Shown: piece after piece, positions 1 through 42,555 of the stretch
Numbering within the stretch: position 1 is the first letter of the stretch
Layout of the letters: every line of letters starts with the position of its first letter
Assembly (NCBI RefSeq): GCF_009914755.1
Contig: NC_060935.1
DNA from: the human T2T-CHM13v2.0 reference genome, Homo sapiens
Strand: one strand, 5' to 3'
Length of the DNA: 64,000 nt
Notes under the pieces: generated by a model
Told to the model about the DNA's origin: nothing
Databases searched by the model: none
What the model saw: the letters and a program-made list of their open reading frames with translations, nothing else
Position numbers and translations under genes: made by a program

Positions 1-247
1 TACATATGAAATATATTTATAAACAACAAAATAATACACAAATGCTATTATATTTTGTTTCAGTAAGTTATATGATCCTGGAGAATAGAAACTATCCTTT
101 ATCATTTTGTATCCTCAGCATTTAGTAAGTGCCTGACATATTGCTTGGGATAAAATAACCACTAGTTAAAGGAACAGTTGCTAATGAGTAAATGAAAATA
201 GAAATCATATGAAAATATACAAGCTTTAGAATAGTATATTTTGTTAG

Positions 248-563
<316 letters not shown>

Positions 564-715
564 TAAGTCTCACTTTTTGCACCTATACAACAGGGATAAT
601 AGTATCTACCTCATGGGTTATGGTATTCCATTTTATATATACATATAAAATACTATATATGGTATCGAAACTCATAGGAAACTTGCAAAAAATTTGCCTT
701 AAAAAAAACTCCCTG

Positions 716-1814
<1,099 letters not shown>

Positions 1815-2197
1815 TTATAAACAATATGAGAGAATGGTTTGTATATTACCTGATGTCTACACATCACATTTGATTATTCCTTTCCTCACAAAATCACAAA
1901 ACATTAGGAACAGACAGGATCTTAGAAATAATTCACTCCAAATCCTCATGTGCCAGATGAGACACTAAGGCCCAGAGACATGAAGTATCTTTTCTCTATG
2001 TAACTAGATAGTGGCAGAGCCAGGCCTAAGAATCCAGTTCTTCCTCTTTCCCAGTCCACTATTCTTTCAAAAAGTGTGGTAGATATTATACCTCCCAATT
2101 TATAGACTGGGAAACTCATTTTGAAGTAAGGGGATTCCCTAGTAGTGCAAGAGGACAGAACTGAGAAGAGACCACAATTTTTATAAAGATTAATTAG

Positions 2198-4145
<1,948 letters not shown>

Positions 4146-4369
4146 TACTCCCAAATTTCAATATGCAACATTGGCTTCTTTACTAAGTTGTGGAGACAGA
4201 CACCTCCAACTTCCTGTTAACAATCTCACTTGAATTTCCTACAGATATTTCAAAATCTCCACTCAGAACTGAATTGATGACCCATCCATCCCAAGTCTAA
4301 GTACGTATACCCAACAGAAATGCATAGTATGCTCACTAAAAGACACATACTGTAAGAATGTGCAAAGTG

Positions 4370-7005
<2,636 letters not shown>

Positions 7006-8021
7006 CTGTCTCTAAAAATTAAAACAAACAAAAACCTACCATCTCTTACTTGTCCTATGATAGCTTCTTAAATTGAACTCCCCATCTTCACTCAGGCCCT
7101 TCATTAATCTAGCTTTCACATTGCAGCCAAAGTAGTATTTCTAAATCACGAATGTTATATTTCCCTTTTAACTGGCCTCTGCCCTCTGGATAAAATCTAA
7201 AGTACTCAACATAGTCTAAAAGATATTTTTGGATCTCGCTTACTCACCTTTTCAGCCCATTTCTCACCATCCTCCCACCTGTCTTTGTCTTACTCTACAT
7301 TCACCTTTTCCCTCTGCCTGCAACACTCTGTGTGAGGTAGGTTCTTTAACTCTTACCATTTCACCAGTGGCGTAGAGAAGCAGCTTGCCCTGTCATGTAG
7401 CCAGTATGCAGCAGAGCCAGATTCTAACCAGGGCAGTCTGACTCCCTAGCTACGGCTCTTAAACCACCAAATACTTCCAAAGTTAGTTGTTATTTTCTCT
7501 GCAAATCCTTCCTGACCTCAAGGCAAAATAAATCTTTAATTTGTCCATTTCTATCTCTAATGCCACCACTCCAATTCAAGTCAGCATCTTCTCTCATGTA
7601 GACTTTCTCAAAGGGCACCTAGCCTTCCTGACTCTCCTTCTGCCTCCTCCAATCATTTATATGGGAGCCAAAAAATATTTTATAAATGCAGATCATTTCC
7701 ACTGAGCTTATAAAATCAAAATCTAAATTTTTCATCCTGGCTTTATAAGCTCCGGCATGATTTGGTGCCTATCTTTCCAATTTCACTGTGCATGTTTCTG
7801 TCTCTGTTGCTTATTCCATGCCAGCTACACTGGCCTTATCATAGCTGCCCAAATAGGTCAATACTTTCACACCACAGGGCCTATATTTATACAGTGTGCT
7901 CTTTCAGATAAGTTCTACACACTTGCACACACCACATACTCTGCATGGATGGCCCTCTCATTCACACTTTAGGCCTCCAATGATGTCAGTTCCTCAGAGA
8001 CATTCTCTGACACCTAACTGA

Positions 8022-8375
<354 letters not shown>

Positions 8376-8660
8376 TCTTCTTCCTAATACTTAATCCAAA
8401 TTGTAGTTATGTAACTATATATTTGCATTGATTTGTTTCTTGTACTGTTATACTTACTGAACTACACACTTCACAGGGCTAGGGATCATATCTATTTTTT
8501 CCTCCCTTCTAGCCTAGCAACAGTACCTGGTACATAATAAAGCAATTAGTAAATGTTTTGTTGAATATATCTGCATTTATCCTGTAACTTCCCTCTCATA
8601 TCCCAGGGGTTTCTGGTTTGAGAAACAGAGCATTAACTACAATTAAAAACATTCGTTTTT

Positions 8661-8743
8661 AAATATATGAAGTGTTTCATAAATTTGCATGCTATCCTTG
8701 TGCGTGGACCATGCTAAGCTTCCTGTATCATTCGATTTTAGTG
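8661..8743 (-). pseudogene. U6 snRNA processed pseudogene, 3' part
   Basis: aaatatatgaagtgtttcataaatttgcatgctatccttgtgcgtggaccatgctaagcttcctgtatcattcgattttag matches the reverse complement of U6 nt ~23-106. A short A-tail remnant sits at 8656-8660. Confidence 0.9.
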
Positions 8744-13230
<4,487 letters not shown>

Positions 13231-13254
13231 TACATGTGCTGCCAAAGTGAGCGC
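13231..13254 (-). pseudogene. U6 snRNA processed pseudogene, detached 5' part
   Basis: tacatgtgctgccaaagtgagcgc vs U6 reverse complement TATATGTGCTGCCGAAGCGAGCAC (4 mismatches). It directly abuts the Tigger1 end. Confidence 0.85.
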
Positions 13255-13291
13255 TATATACATTCTTAACCTGGACCAAGAGCAGTATTCA

Positions 13292-13727
<436 letters not shown>

Positions 13728-14659
13728 TTACATGATTACATATACGCATCAGTATGGACTTACATTCTATACATATGACTCTCCCATATTCAACAAGAGA
13801 TCACCAAGAGCCTGAATCAAAGGATACCAATAAAACAAACCCTAAACTAGGAAGTGGGAGGGAAAGGAGAAAAGGGATGAGGGAGAAAAAGAAAAAAGAG
13901 GAAGGATGAAGGGAAGGCGGAAGCCAATATTAATAAATACTGAGTACCTACTGTATACACACCACCATTTCATGGTTGCTTCTTGGTTTCCACGCTTTCA
14001 GTCTTGGCCCTACATCCATTTTTTACACAGCAGTCTAACTGTGGTCTTCGAAACCCTGTGTTATCTGTCCCCAGTGCACCCCATGCTGTGCCACTCCTCT
14101 CCCTCAATGCTCTGCAGCCACAAGGGGCACTTTCTGTTCCTAGAATGCTCTGACTTCTTTCCTGCCACAGGGCCTTTGAACTTACTCTTTCCTATGCCTG
14201 AACTGCTTTCCACATCACTTATTCTTTTTCATTTTTTGAATTTCAACTCAAACATCACCTTCTAAAGGAATAGCGCACAGCCACTTAGTAACCCTCTATT
14301 TCCTTTATCACAATCTGAAAAGTTCCTGTTTGTCTAGCTCCACCCACCAACTTCGAGGGCAAGGACCAGCAATGTCTTGCTCACCACCGCATCTCCCGGG
14401 AGTTAGAACGGTACCTGGCACCTCAGGCATCTGATAATACTGGCTGAATGGCTGTTGGAGGCAGAGGTTCTTAACTGCCTATTAAGGATGAGGACCCTGA
14501 GGTTCAGAAACGTTAAAGTGATTTGTTCCAAATCAGACAGCGCCAGGTCTGAACCTAGCCAGCTGGGGCTAAGTCAAGTAACAACTGGCGAAACAGAAAG
14601 CTTAGCAAAGGCAGGATAGCGACAAACACGACCTAAAGTTTTCTCTTCATACCCAGGGA

Positions 14660-15300
<641 letters not shown>

Positions 15301-15645
15301 GCAAAGATACAGAGGTGAGAAACATTGTGTTTTTAGAACTCTGAGCGAGGCTCTTGGCTCACCTCCTGCTTGAGCGGAACCCATTCTGGAAGCAGGGTAG
15401 AGGCTAGTCCTAACGCTTAGTGTACAAATAGCCTACGGTTCATGTTAAAATAATTCGGATTCTGATTCAGTAGGCCCAACAAACTCGCAGATTGCGTAAT
15501 GACTGAGGCACATGCAATTTAATTAGGCTTGTCTCATTATTTTACTGTATGATCTTGGACAAACTAAACTCTAAACCTCAGTTTCTTTTTTTAAAATTTT
15601 TATTTATTTATTTATTTTTGAAAATAGGAGATAAAAATGGTTTCT

Positions 15646-16533
<888 letters not shown>

Positions 16534-16556
16534 TACTTAGATGTTTTAAAGGCACT

Positions 16557-16815
16557 TTGCATTAATTTTCTATTTCTGCTGTAAGAAATTACCATAAACT
16601 TAGTAGCTTAAAACAACACAAATTTATTCTCTTACAGTTCTGTAAACCAGAAATCTAAAATCAGTCACTGGAGTAAAGTCAAGGTGTCATTTGGATTGGT
16701 TGCTTCCAGAGGCTCTGCAGGGAGATTGTTTTTCTTGTCTTTTTCAGCTTTTAGAAGTTGCCTGCATTCCTTGGCCCCTTCCTCACATCATTCCAACCAA
16801 CTTCCATCCTTACAA
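16557..16815 (-). mobile_element. MLT1-type MaLR LTR fragment
   Basis: GCTGTAAGAAATTACCATAAACTTAGTAGCTTAAAACAACACAAATTTATT...CAGTTCTG is the MLT1 signature. Confidence 0.7.
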
Positions 16816-16834
16816 TCGATTACTTTCCTGTAAT

Positions 16835-18387
<1,553 letters not shown>

Positions 18388-18557
18388 TGGTAGAGACAGT
18401 TGTCATGAATTGTACCCCTTTTCTCATTCTTTCTGCTTTAGGCTTGAACATGAGGCATAAAGCTAGACTCAGCTGTTAGGAAAAACTGCCTCATGCTGGC
18501 CCTGACATCATTGAGCTAATAAACAAATCCCTCTACCTCCAGACTTATTATGTGAGG

Positions 18558-18559
<2 letters not shown>

Positions 18560-18593
<34 letters not shown>
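18560..18593. repeat. (CA)n microsatellite
   Basis: About 17 uninterrupted CA units. Confidence 0.95.
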
Positions 18594-18594
<1 letters not shown>

Positions 18595-18595
<1 letters not shown>

Positions 18596-19040
18596 GTTAC
18601 TGAAACACCAGGGGTTCCGATCTAGTTCCTGTTCCTTGCTTCACAAAAAGCCAATCACTGAGATGATTATTGCCAAAGAATAAGGCTTTAATCAGGTGCT
18701 GCAGAGAAACAGATGGGAGATCAATCTCAAACTTGGGTCCCTGACTGACTAAAACTAGGTTTATATAGCAGGAAAGAAATGTAATAATGTGTTAAAAAAA
18801 AAAAAAAAAGGAACTAGGGAGGAATAAGGAAGCAATCATGATGAATGAGGGGCTTGGCATCTCATTTTCTGGATGCTGTGATCCGGTGAGTTTCAGTTCT
18901 TTGATACTTTTTTTGAGAGACCTGAAGGTCATTTCCTGAGGAAGGAACTCAGATAAATATAACTTTCCAGCTTTAAGACCAGAAGGGTCAATTTCTATGT
19001 TTGTCCAAAAAAAAACTAAGGTACTATTGGGTCAGGTTCA
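18595..19040 (-). mobile_element. ERV solo LTR (LTR47-like)
   Basis: TGTTACTGAAACACCAGGGGTT...TTGGGTCAGGTTCA, with TG/CA ends. Confidence 0.65.
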
Positions 19041-19695
19041 CACACGCCCACACCACCCTTAGGTGTTTAAGCCACAGTTGGTCAGTTTACCTGTTCTTCC
19101 AGCAAAAGCATTTCTCACTGCTCTTGCCAGGTCCTGTCTATTTAACCTCCTAGATGTCTCTCACATTCATGCATTCCTCTTCACCCACCTTTGCCACTCT
19201 AGGCATAATGACCTGCTTTCAGCCTTTGGTACATGCCATGTTCCCTCCTGTCACTGCCCTTTATACACGCCCTTCCCTCTGTCTGGAATGTTCTTCCTTC
19301 TCCCCTTAGGCTAGTTAGCTCTTCATCCTTTGGCTTTTATAGCAAGCACTGCTTCCCCAAGACAGCCTTCCCCAACCTCCCCTTATCCTACCCTGGGCAC
19401 CTGTCAGCTGGATGCAATTTTATACTATGTGTGTGATTATCCAATTATCTCACTAGTTATTCACTCCATGAGGACAGGGACCTTTTCTGTTTTATTCATC
19501 ATTGTAGCAGCAGCAACCCACATAGCAGCTGACACAACAGATACGCTCTATATTTGTTGAATGGCATGAATGTCTAAAATAGGATTCCAACCCAGTCTCT
19601 CCTACCTGAGTCTCTGCTTATCCTCAGTAGCTGGGACTACAGGCATGGCATGTGCCACCATGCCTCTTCGGTTCACCTTTAAAAAATAAAAGAAT

Positions 19696-20731
<1,036 letters not shown>

Positions 20732-20786
20732 ACAGTCCAGTTCCAAGTTTAAAATTAGAAGTGAATAGTATTGCATTTATATGCCA

Positions 20787-21010
20787 TCCTAGCTATTTAT
20801 TGCTGCATAACAAGTTACCCAAAACTTAGCAGCCTAGAAACATTTATTATTTCAGAGTTTCTGTGGTCAGGAATTCATGAGTGGCTTAGCTAGGTGGTTC
20901 TGGTTCAGGTTGCAGCCAAGATGACACCAGGGGCTGTAGTCAACTGAAGGCTCCACTGGAGCTGTAGTATCCACTTCCAAGGCCAACAGAAGCCCTCAGT
21001 TCCTTATCAC
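20787..21010 (-). mobile_element. MLT1-type LTR fragment
   Basis: TTGCTGCATAACAAGTTACCCAAAACTTAG...GGCTTAGCTAGGTGGTTCTGG. Confidence 0.6.
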
Positions 21011-21841
21011 ATGATCCACCTTCCTTGGCCTCCCAAAGTGCTGGGATTACTGGCATGAGCCACAGCCCCAGGCCCCAAATGCCCTTTTCCTTTATTGTAT
21101 GTCAGGCTCCTCCTATCCTATGACAAATCCTGCATGACCCAGTTCAGATGATCTATGAAATTTTCCCAAAGCACTTCATGCAGGTTTCTTTTCAGAATTT
21201 ACAATTGTAACCCCGATGACAGCTAAGCCCTCCAAGATTCTTCAAATCTAAATAAAACTGACTTTGCCCAACCATTTAGTCTCAATTTGACAGCCTGTGG
21301 AAGCCAAGGCTTTCCCTTGTATTTCTGCAGAGTCTCAGAGGCATACATTTTCACATCACCTCTTTTCTCCTGGACTTCCTAATTCTCAGTTGTGGCCTGT
21401 GTTCTTACCTTATAACCCAGATTGGAGATTCAGCTCCTTCACTGCTTTCCAGGCAAAACCTGCTGATACACAGTATTTATGAGTACAGAGACTTTACTGA
21501 CGAGCACAGCACACACAGCAAATCCTTTAAATCTCAAGGCATCAGGCTGGCCCTCCCTGGTCCTCTTTGACTCTTTGGCCATGTGGTGTCCCCCTGTTGC
21601 CCTTTCCTGGTGCAGTTTCAGTCTCCCCATTTTTCTGATCTTCCCTCACTCTCTGAAACAACAAACCTCTTCGAAAGCCTTTCTTGTGTAGAGTAGTTCC
21701 AGGGCGCTTTCTGTTCTTGGCCTCTCCTTCTACCCAAGACCTTATGAAGGTGTTATTCCAAAGAAGACAATTCCTTTCCCAAGAGGAGTTCTTGGACCAA
21801 CAGGATAATAATTTTCCAGTCATCTTGTATGTTTATAAGCA

Positions 21842-22532
<691 letters not shown>

Positions 22533-22701
22533 AGAGTGTGCCTCACCCCATGGGTCTGAATCAGGTCTGGTCTGAGTTGGTTGTCCCAGATCCCTGCACA
22601 GAGCTTGGGATATAGTAGGCCTTCAGTAACATTTGTTGAATAAATGAATTTGTGATAAATGAGAATGATTGATTAAAAAATACTGAATAAAATAATGAAT
22701 C

Positions 22702-26009
<3,308 letters not shown>

Positions 26010-26298
26010 CAAATTCCTCTTTATCAGCATCAGATCATATCAATATCAATTTTATAAAGACCATTAATATCAACCAGGAGAAGGATGAAAGCAAAATGTT
26101 CTAAGAGCAAAGGGACTGCTGATTATCATCAAGTGACCCTATTTCACAGGAAGAAAATGTGGATGACATTTTATGACCAACAGCATTGTTTATTTAACCT
26201 TGGAGCACAATAGAGAAAAACTTTTGACTCCAACCCCCAGTCCCTGAAGGCAGAAGTCTGAAATACCCTCTCAATTCTGTTTATGGCCTTAAAGCATT

Positions 26299-27440
26299 TG
26301 TCTTAGCCTATATTCTCCCCAAAGCAGGGCCTGAGACAAAGGCTTATGTGTGAGTAGTTTAATTTGCTGTGCTGATCTCAGGAAGCAGGAGCTATGCTTG
26401 CAGAAAATGAAATAGGGAGTGCAAATATAAGGATAAGATATTAACTACTACTGAGGACAACTGATTACTCAAGCATGGGAGACCTTCTGAGAGACCATAT
26501 AGGATGCATTTAAGGACTGTCTTGCTCGGGAAGAGAGGGAGAAAAGGTTATCCATCAGTTTCCCTCTCCCATTGGTCAAGACTGGCCCTAGGGAACATTT
26601 ATGTTTCCTGTAAATGAGTGCTAAGTGGACTCCCACAGACATCAGGCATGGCAGCTCAAAGAGACTGGAAGGCAGAAAATGAAAGACATGAGACGGGCCT
26701 GAGGCCAGGCATTTTCAGGTTACATCTTCATGAAGATGGTCACTGCTGCACAATGGCTGGAATAAGAGGTGAGACTGACAAGATATGAAGTGGGACATGA
26801 GAGGTGTTTGACAGAGTCCAACCCTTGCACCATTCAAGCCCACTTAAAATGCCCTTGTGTAAATTTAATTTGTCATACGGTCGTCTTCAGTATGGCAGTT
26901 GGCTGCATTCTCTGCAAACACTTGATAATCCAAGCAAATTAGTGAAACAAGTTATAACACTTGCTGCTACAGTTGATCCCAAAGCTGTAATTGATATTCA
27001 TTATCTGCTTCTTCTACCACTCAATCTAGATTTCTCTTATTCTCATCTAGCACTTTGGCTGGCCTGGATTTCTTGCTTGGTGGTGGGACTATGACTGTCC
27101 CTGAAGTCCTTATGATTGCCTTACCCTTGATATGATCATGATTACTACAAATAGCCTGTTCATCATTACCACTGGATTTGTTCCTGAGCTGACACTTAAC
27201 TGAGCCTTACCAGAACATTCCACCATCATCTGCCAGGGTCTGTTTTATTGCAGAAGCCATAGAGGTGATCTGAATAGAGATATAATGGGCATAAACAGGC
27301 TTGTGTCCTCTAAGTCTGTTCTGATGGTGTTAATCTCTGCAGTTCTTTCTGGGATGCAATATTGCTTCTACTGATGGGGGCAGTGAAGTGTCTGGGTAAC
27401 TTCAGGGGCTTCCACTTGGCCCTTTCTACTACAGACTCTT
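26299..27440. mobile_element. Old ERVL/MaLR LTR plus internal fragment
   Basis: TGTCTTAG..CCCCAAAGCAG..CTGAGACAAAGG LTR motif, followed by degenerate internal-like sequence. Confidence 0.4.
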
Positions 27441-27444
27441 ACTC

Positions 27445-33817
<6,373 letters not shown>

Positions 33818-34757
33818 TTACATGCATTAATTCACCGAATCCTTACAGAACCCTATCAGTTAAGTATTATTATTATCTCCATTGGTCTGGTGAGAAAATT
33901 AGACCCAGAAAGGTGAAACAACTTCCTGATAGAGCAAGGACTTGAAGCCAGGTGGTCTGCCTGGACCCTGAACCATTCCCAGCCACTCCTCTCTGTTGCC
34001 TCTGCTGCAGAGTGGCTTTGCTCTTTCAAGTCGCTGAGCCTCTGCTCTGCTGCAATGCCCTTCCCCAACTTCTGGCTCTAGCAAACTCTACTTGCCCTTT
34101 GAAGCCCAGCCCAGATACTGCATCCCTGGCCCCACCTGCTTCTCCAACCAGGGGAAGGAGGTTGTCCCTGTCTCCACTTTGTTCCCCTTACAAGTTGCTC
34201 CCAGTCCTGGATGGGGAGGTCGTCTGAAACAGGACCCTGACTCACGCCTCAGTATCCCCAGCCCTCAGCACAGTGCTTGTCTGTGGGTCTTTCATTTGTG
34301 TTTTCAACAAACATGAACGAGTTGAATGAGTAACTCCACTGCTTCACACACAAGGAAACAAATCCAGAGAGGCAGAGGGACCTGTCCATATCACACAGCC
34401 AGTGAGAGAAAGAGCTGAGGCCAGACTCCAGGGCTCCTGACACCCAGCCCTGCTCTCTCTCACGCCATCCCAACTGTGTGTGGAATGTTTGGAAAAGCCT
34501 TCATGCATCTTTGAGCCTTTCTTAATTCTGTCTTACATTTATTTCATCCCAAAGAGGACTTCTTTGAGAATGCTGGTGGGAGAGTGAATTTTGGCTCGTC
34601 TTGTCTGAAGTCATGAGGCAACAGGGAAAAACAGACAAACAATCCTGAGATGTGTTTTACTGACCTGGTCCTCAAAACAGCAGAACAAAACACTCCACAC
34701 TCAAGCTGGGGCTGCTAGCCAGCAGGGCACTGAGTGAAGCTGGACAGAATTCACTAG

Positions 34758-35717
<960 letters not shown>

Positions 35718-38684
35718 GTGAGCCACCACACCTGGCCAGTGATGATTACTTATTCATGATGTCCTTTATGGCTGGAATGGCCTTCCTCACCTTGTCTGCC
35801 TAGGAAACTTTTACTTGTCCATCATAAGGGTGTTCTCCTTGGCAAGGCATCTCTGACCATCCCGTTTCCCCTCAGTGTGGTCCCTGGTTCTCTCAGCTCT
35901 CTCACCCCTTTTACCTTTGCCCCTCTAACACAATCTGATTTATGTTGAAATTGTTTACTTGCCCATCTTCCCTAGTAGGTGATGCCAGCTAAGAGGATAG
36001 GCTCAGGTCTGTGCCCTCAGGGCCTAACAGTGCCTGCCCCATGGAGACTCAGGAACTGGCTTCTACATCCCTAGATCAGGAGCACTAGGAGGTTGGGAGA
36101 AGAGAAGCTTTGCAGAGCTGGGGGCTGCACAGCTCCTGGGAGCACAAATCATATCATATGCTATTACTTTGTTTGAATGGAGTCCCTGGAGCTGTGCAGC
36201 TTGGTAGCTCTGGGCCTCTGCCTGAGACAGACTTGGTCTTGAATCTTAGCTCTGCCACATTCTGGCTTCACTCCTTGGACCATTTAATCTGTTTAGGCCT
36301 CAGTGTCTTCACTTGTCAATGACTGTTATGATTGTGACCTCTCAGATTGTTGTCAAGATTAAATGAGATGATACACACAACGATCCCGATGGTGCCTGGC
36401 CAGTGGTAGTTGTAACCCGGTACCGGATTTTTAATGACAAGATTCATACCAGGGCTGAGCATCAGACTATGGGGTTGCCTTGGTAGTGTAAGAGGCAGAA
36501 AGGTAATGTGAAGAGGCAGAAAGAACAGTGCTCTAGGAGACAAGAACCCTGGATACAAGGGCTGTGTGTGTGCACATGTGTGTGTGTACTTTCTCTGCCC
36601 TACCATTGTGGTCCATCTTCCCCTCTGTCCCAGGCCCATCCTGGTTTTGTACTCCATACTGAGCTGGAAAAATTTGAGGTAGAGGAGCAGCTAGGAACCC
36701 ATCTAGGGTGGCCAGGCCTACCCGTGCGCTGGGAAGCAGGAGTGCCCTTGAGCAGTGGCACTGCTTTGGGCTGGAGCCATGAGGCCTCCTCTGTGGTGGG
36801 GGTCATGGTTTGGAGCATGGGCTATGGAGCCAACAGCCTGGGTGCAAAATCCCTCTTAGCCCCTTCCTCACTGTTCTACCTGTCTGTGCCTCAGCTTCCT
36901 CACTGGATTAGTTCACTAGGGCTGCTGTAACAAAGTGCCACAGCCTGGGTGGCTCAAACAGCAGAAGTCATTTCACATAGTTTTGGAGGCTAGGAGTGTG
37001 AGATCAAGGTGTTGGCCCGATTGGTGTCTAGTGAGGGCCTCTCTCCTCGGCTTGCAGGTGGCTGGCTTTGTGGTTCTATGTTCGCTATTGGTGAAATAAG
37101 GGACAGTGAGCTCAGAAGGAAGTGAACTTCCAGGGTCTAAATAGCCCAGGTGGAACAGTGCACAGACCTGCAGTGACACTGCCCAGCTGGCCAATACTGG
37201 ACTGTGTTTCATCCTAGACAATTTCAAGACACAAGTTTGTTTTATGTTCTATTAATACCGTATAAGAATAAACACTAGAAATTGTAATTGTAAGACACCA
37301 TCAATTAAGTCTCACTCTGATCTCAGAGATGCTGAAATTTGAAAAAAATATGTGTTGTGTCTTAGAATTGATGAAAGACAGTAGGTCCTGTTTTTTAGCT
37401 TTTGGCAGTGAGGATCCACTGAGGTGGAGGGGGGGCAGGCCATGTGTCTGGGGCCGCAGACGCTGGCTGCTGTCCAGTATCAGCGTCCACACAGGAAGTG
37501 GAATGGTGAAGCACCATCCCAGTCAAGTCTCCTCACTTGGAAAACTGGCTAAATCCACGGCTGGGAAACAGATCTCAAAAGCTGCACAGGTCCCACTTGA
37601 GCTTTTTGGTGGGCCTTGTAAAATGAGCCCTTTGCGTGGGCATCTGACAGACCTGGGTTCTTGCTCTAAAGCTGCTACTCATCAACCAAGAAATTGAAAG
37701 ATGAAAGGCTCCAAAGTGCAAAGAGGGGCCAGGCATGGTGGCTCATGCCTGTAATCCCTCCGAGGTGTGTGGATCACTGGAGCCCAGGAGTTCGAGACCA
37801 GCCTGGGCAATATGGTGAAACCTGATCTCTACAAAAAAAAAAAAAAAAAAACAAAAACAAAAAGAAGAAGAAGAAAATTAGCCAGGTGTGGTGGCACACA
37901 CCAGTAGCCCCAGCTACTCTGGAGGCTGAGGTGGGAGGATCACTTGAGCCCAGGAGGTCAAGGCTTCAGTGAGCCATGATCATGATGCCACTGCACTCCA
38001 GCCTGGGTGACAGAATGAGACCCTGTCTCAATAAGTAAACAAAAGTGCAAAGAGGGCTTTGCCAAATGTTGCATGCACAAGATGGTGTGTGTGTGAGAGA
38101 CAGGGCTGGGAGTCAGGGGTCCCGGGGTTCGGTTTTGGCTTTTCCCTCCCTGGCTGTGGACTTGGCCAGGTCCCTCTGCCTCTCTGGACCTGTTTCCTCG
38201 TGGGTAAAGCAGTTGAGTTCAGTCACTCATCCAACAAATGTGAACTGGGGGCCCTTTCTGGGTGGTGTGCTGAGGGCTGGGGGTATACAGGGTGAGATGT
38301 GGTCTCCGCTCCCGGAGAGCTCCGTCCAGTGTGGAGAGCAAGGAGTGAAGAGAGCAGAGAGGAGGCAGCCAGGCATTCTCCATGCACTGTCTCCTTTAAT
38401 CCTCATCATCACCTTATGTGATGGGTAACACAGGCATTTTTATTGCCATTTCAGAGATGCAGTCATGGAGACTGAGAAAGATGGTGCTGCTTACCAAGGC
38501 AGGGCCAGGGTTTGGACCTGTTCTGCCTTACCTAAAGCCAGTTCTCTTTCCTCTTCACCTTGGATGGTCAGTCAGAAGTTTCCTTCTAGCACAGCATTCT
38601 CAGATTCTATGCCAAAAAATAGCCTGTGAGTGTCACATTCTGACAGGCTTCTACAAGATCCCCCTCACTTAGCAACCAAGTAAG

Positions 38685-39041
38685 GGAGAGCCTCTCTCTG
38701 CTCAGGAATGGTGGGGCCGGGGGTAGGGGTGCAGGGTAGCTCAGCTTGTCTAACCTGGCTTGTCTTCTAAGGAGGTGGTAAGCACCATGTTTCAGGGGAG
38801 TGAGCCTCCCCCTCACAAAAGCTTTCCATCTACACTCATGGGCATGTCAGTGGTGTGACATGCCATCTGAGTGATTCCACTTTGCCTGTTCATTTTATGC
38901 CCAGCAGCTCTTAATACAGTCCAGCAGTTCATACTGGAAAATACAGAAATCAAGGGACTGCTCTGTCAGTGAGCATTATGTTCACAGGTTCGTGTCACAG
39001 GATGAAGGGGCAGGAGAAGATGCTGGGGGCCAGTCCTTAGT
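38685..39041 (+). repeat. ~355-bp dispersed direct repeat, copy 1
   Basis: Aligns end to end with 42556-42909 (about 29 differences by hand count). Confidence 0.95.
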
Positions 39042-39800
39042 CTGAAGCCTCCATGGCAGCCCCATCAAGGGATTTTTTGGTCTCTGTTTGCATATCTCCC
39101 TGGATAGGAGGATCATGCTTCCTTTCAGCTCTGGCTAGAAGAGACTTCTAGCTGGTAGAGCCCAACAATACCTTGCACATTTTGCCGAGGAAGCTCTCAG
39201 GCTGACAGTGAAGTGATTTGCTCAGGGTTGCCTGGTGCGACAGTGGAAAGCCTGGGTCAGAGTCTTGGCACTGGGAAGCCTGGTTCTGTCCTTGACCTCA
39301 AAGTTGAGTGGAAATAATCCCAAGGGAGGATTTAGGCTGGATTCTTGCCTCAACCAGGTCATTTAACTTGAATTAAATGATATTTAATTCAATTTAATAT
39401 TAGCCAAGGCCTACTATGTGCCAGGCACTATACTTACACCTAATGTGATCACCTCCCTGAACCCTAGTTTCCCATCTATGAAAAAAAATACCTCCTGTGC
39501 ATCTTTTCTCAGAGCCCTGTTATGAGGATGAAATGAAGAAAAGGAAGTAAAGTGCTTTGTAAACTGTGAAGTGCTGTGTCCATTGAGGCATTGTTGCTAA
39601 AGCTGGCCATCCTATCTCTGCGGTCCACTCTGCCTGGAGCAGACTTCCCACTTAGCACTGGCTACCATATTTGAATTTGTTTATCTGCTCCTCACCCCCA
39701 CCAGAGTTCCCAGGGGAGGAATGTTTGGGGGCTTGTATTTGATTTCCCAGAACCTCGCCCTGGGCCTGGCACATGGCAGATGCTTAACAGTATTTATAAA

Positions 39801-40766
<966 letters not shown>

Positions 40767-40885
40767 AACAGAACATGTGATGAGCTCTTGTTTCTCAGAC
40801 CCAAGGAGATGCCAACCTGTGGGCACTGGAAGACCCCTGGGGGGAGGGCTAGGGAGAGGGCAGGTGGGAAGGGTGACCACTGTGG

Positions 40886-41501
40886 TGAAGTAGCTACATT
40901 GTATAGGGTATATACCCTGGGGTGCGTCTCCTTGCGCCAGGAAAATTTAGGACATGGGCACACACGAGGAGTTTAGGAGCGGAGTTTTAATAGGCAGAAG
41001 AGAAAGAGAAACAGCTTTTTCTATAGAGAGAGAGGGGTCTCTGAGTGGAAAAGACTGGCTGGTGGTGGATGCACCAGACTTTATAGTCCAGCTTGAGGAG
41101 GTGGTGTCTGATTTATGTAGGGATCACAGATTGTTTTGATCAGGTGTGATATTTACATAGCGCAAGGAAGGCTTGTTGCCCCACCCTAATCCTATGATGC
41201 AAATGAACTCTCCTTGGCTGGTGCCATCTTGTCTGCTCCTTACTGTACACGTGGCTGGCAAAGAAGGGATGATGGAGCCCCCATCTTGAACATGTCTAGT
41301 CCCTCCCTAGTCCCTAGTTCCTGCTGACATTCAGCCATGCAAGCTCCCAGCTTGTTTGTCTGTATCTGCAGCTTGACTTTATAGGTTGCTGTTTGGTAGA
41401 AAATGATTTTGGGCTGCTTTTCATTAAAAAGAAAAGCCTTACCGAGGACTCCCATATCCTTACTATCTGCCTAAGTGATTTCTTCTTAACTCCTATTATC
41501 A
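40886..41501 (-). mobile_element. ERV1-class solo LTR (MER51-like)
   Basis: TG...CA ends and a 4-bp TSD GTGG (40882-85 / 41502-05); similar to the recalled MER51 consensus. Confidence 0.8.
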
Positions 41502-41531
41502 GTGGGGTACTCTAAGCAGCGGGAGTGGCTT

Positions 41532-42523
<992 letters not shown>

Positions 42524-42555
42524 GCTTGGCTTAGGTCAGGACATGGGGCTGTCAT

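Noticed and set aside
8661-8743. Functional U6 gene
   Set aside because: It is diverged, split by a transposon, and I see no upstream PSE/TATA arrangement.
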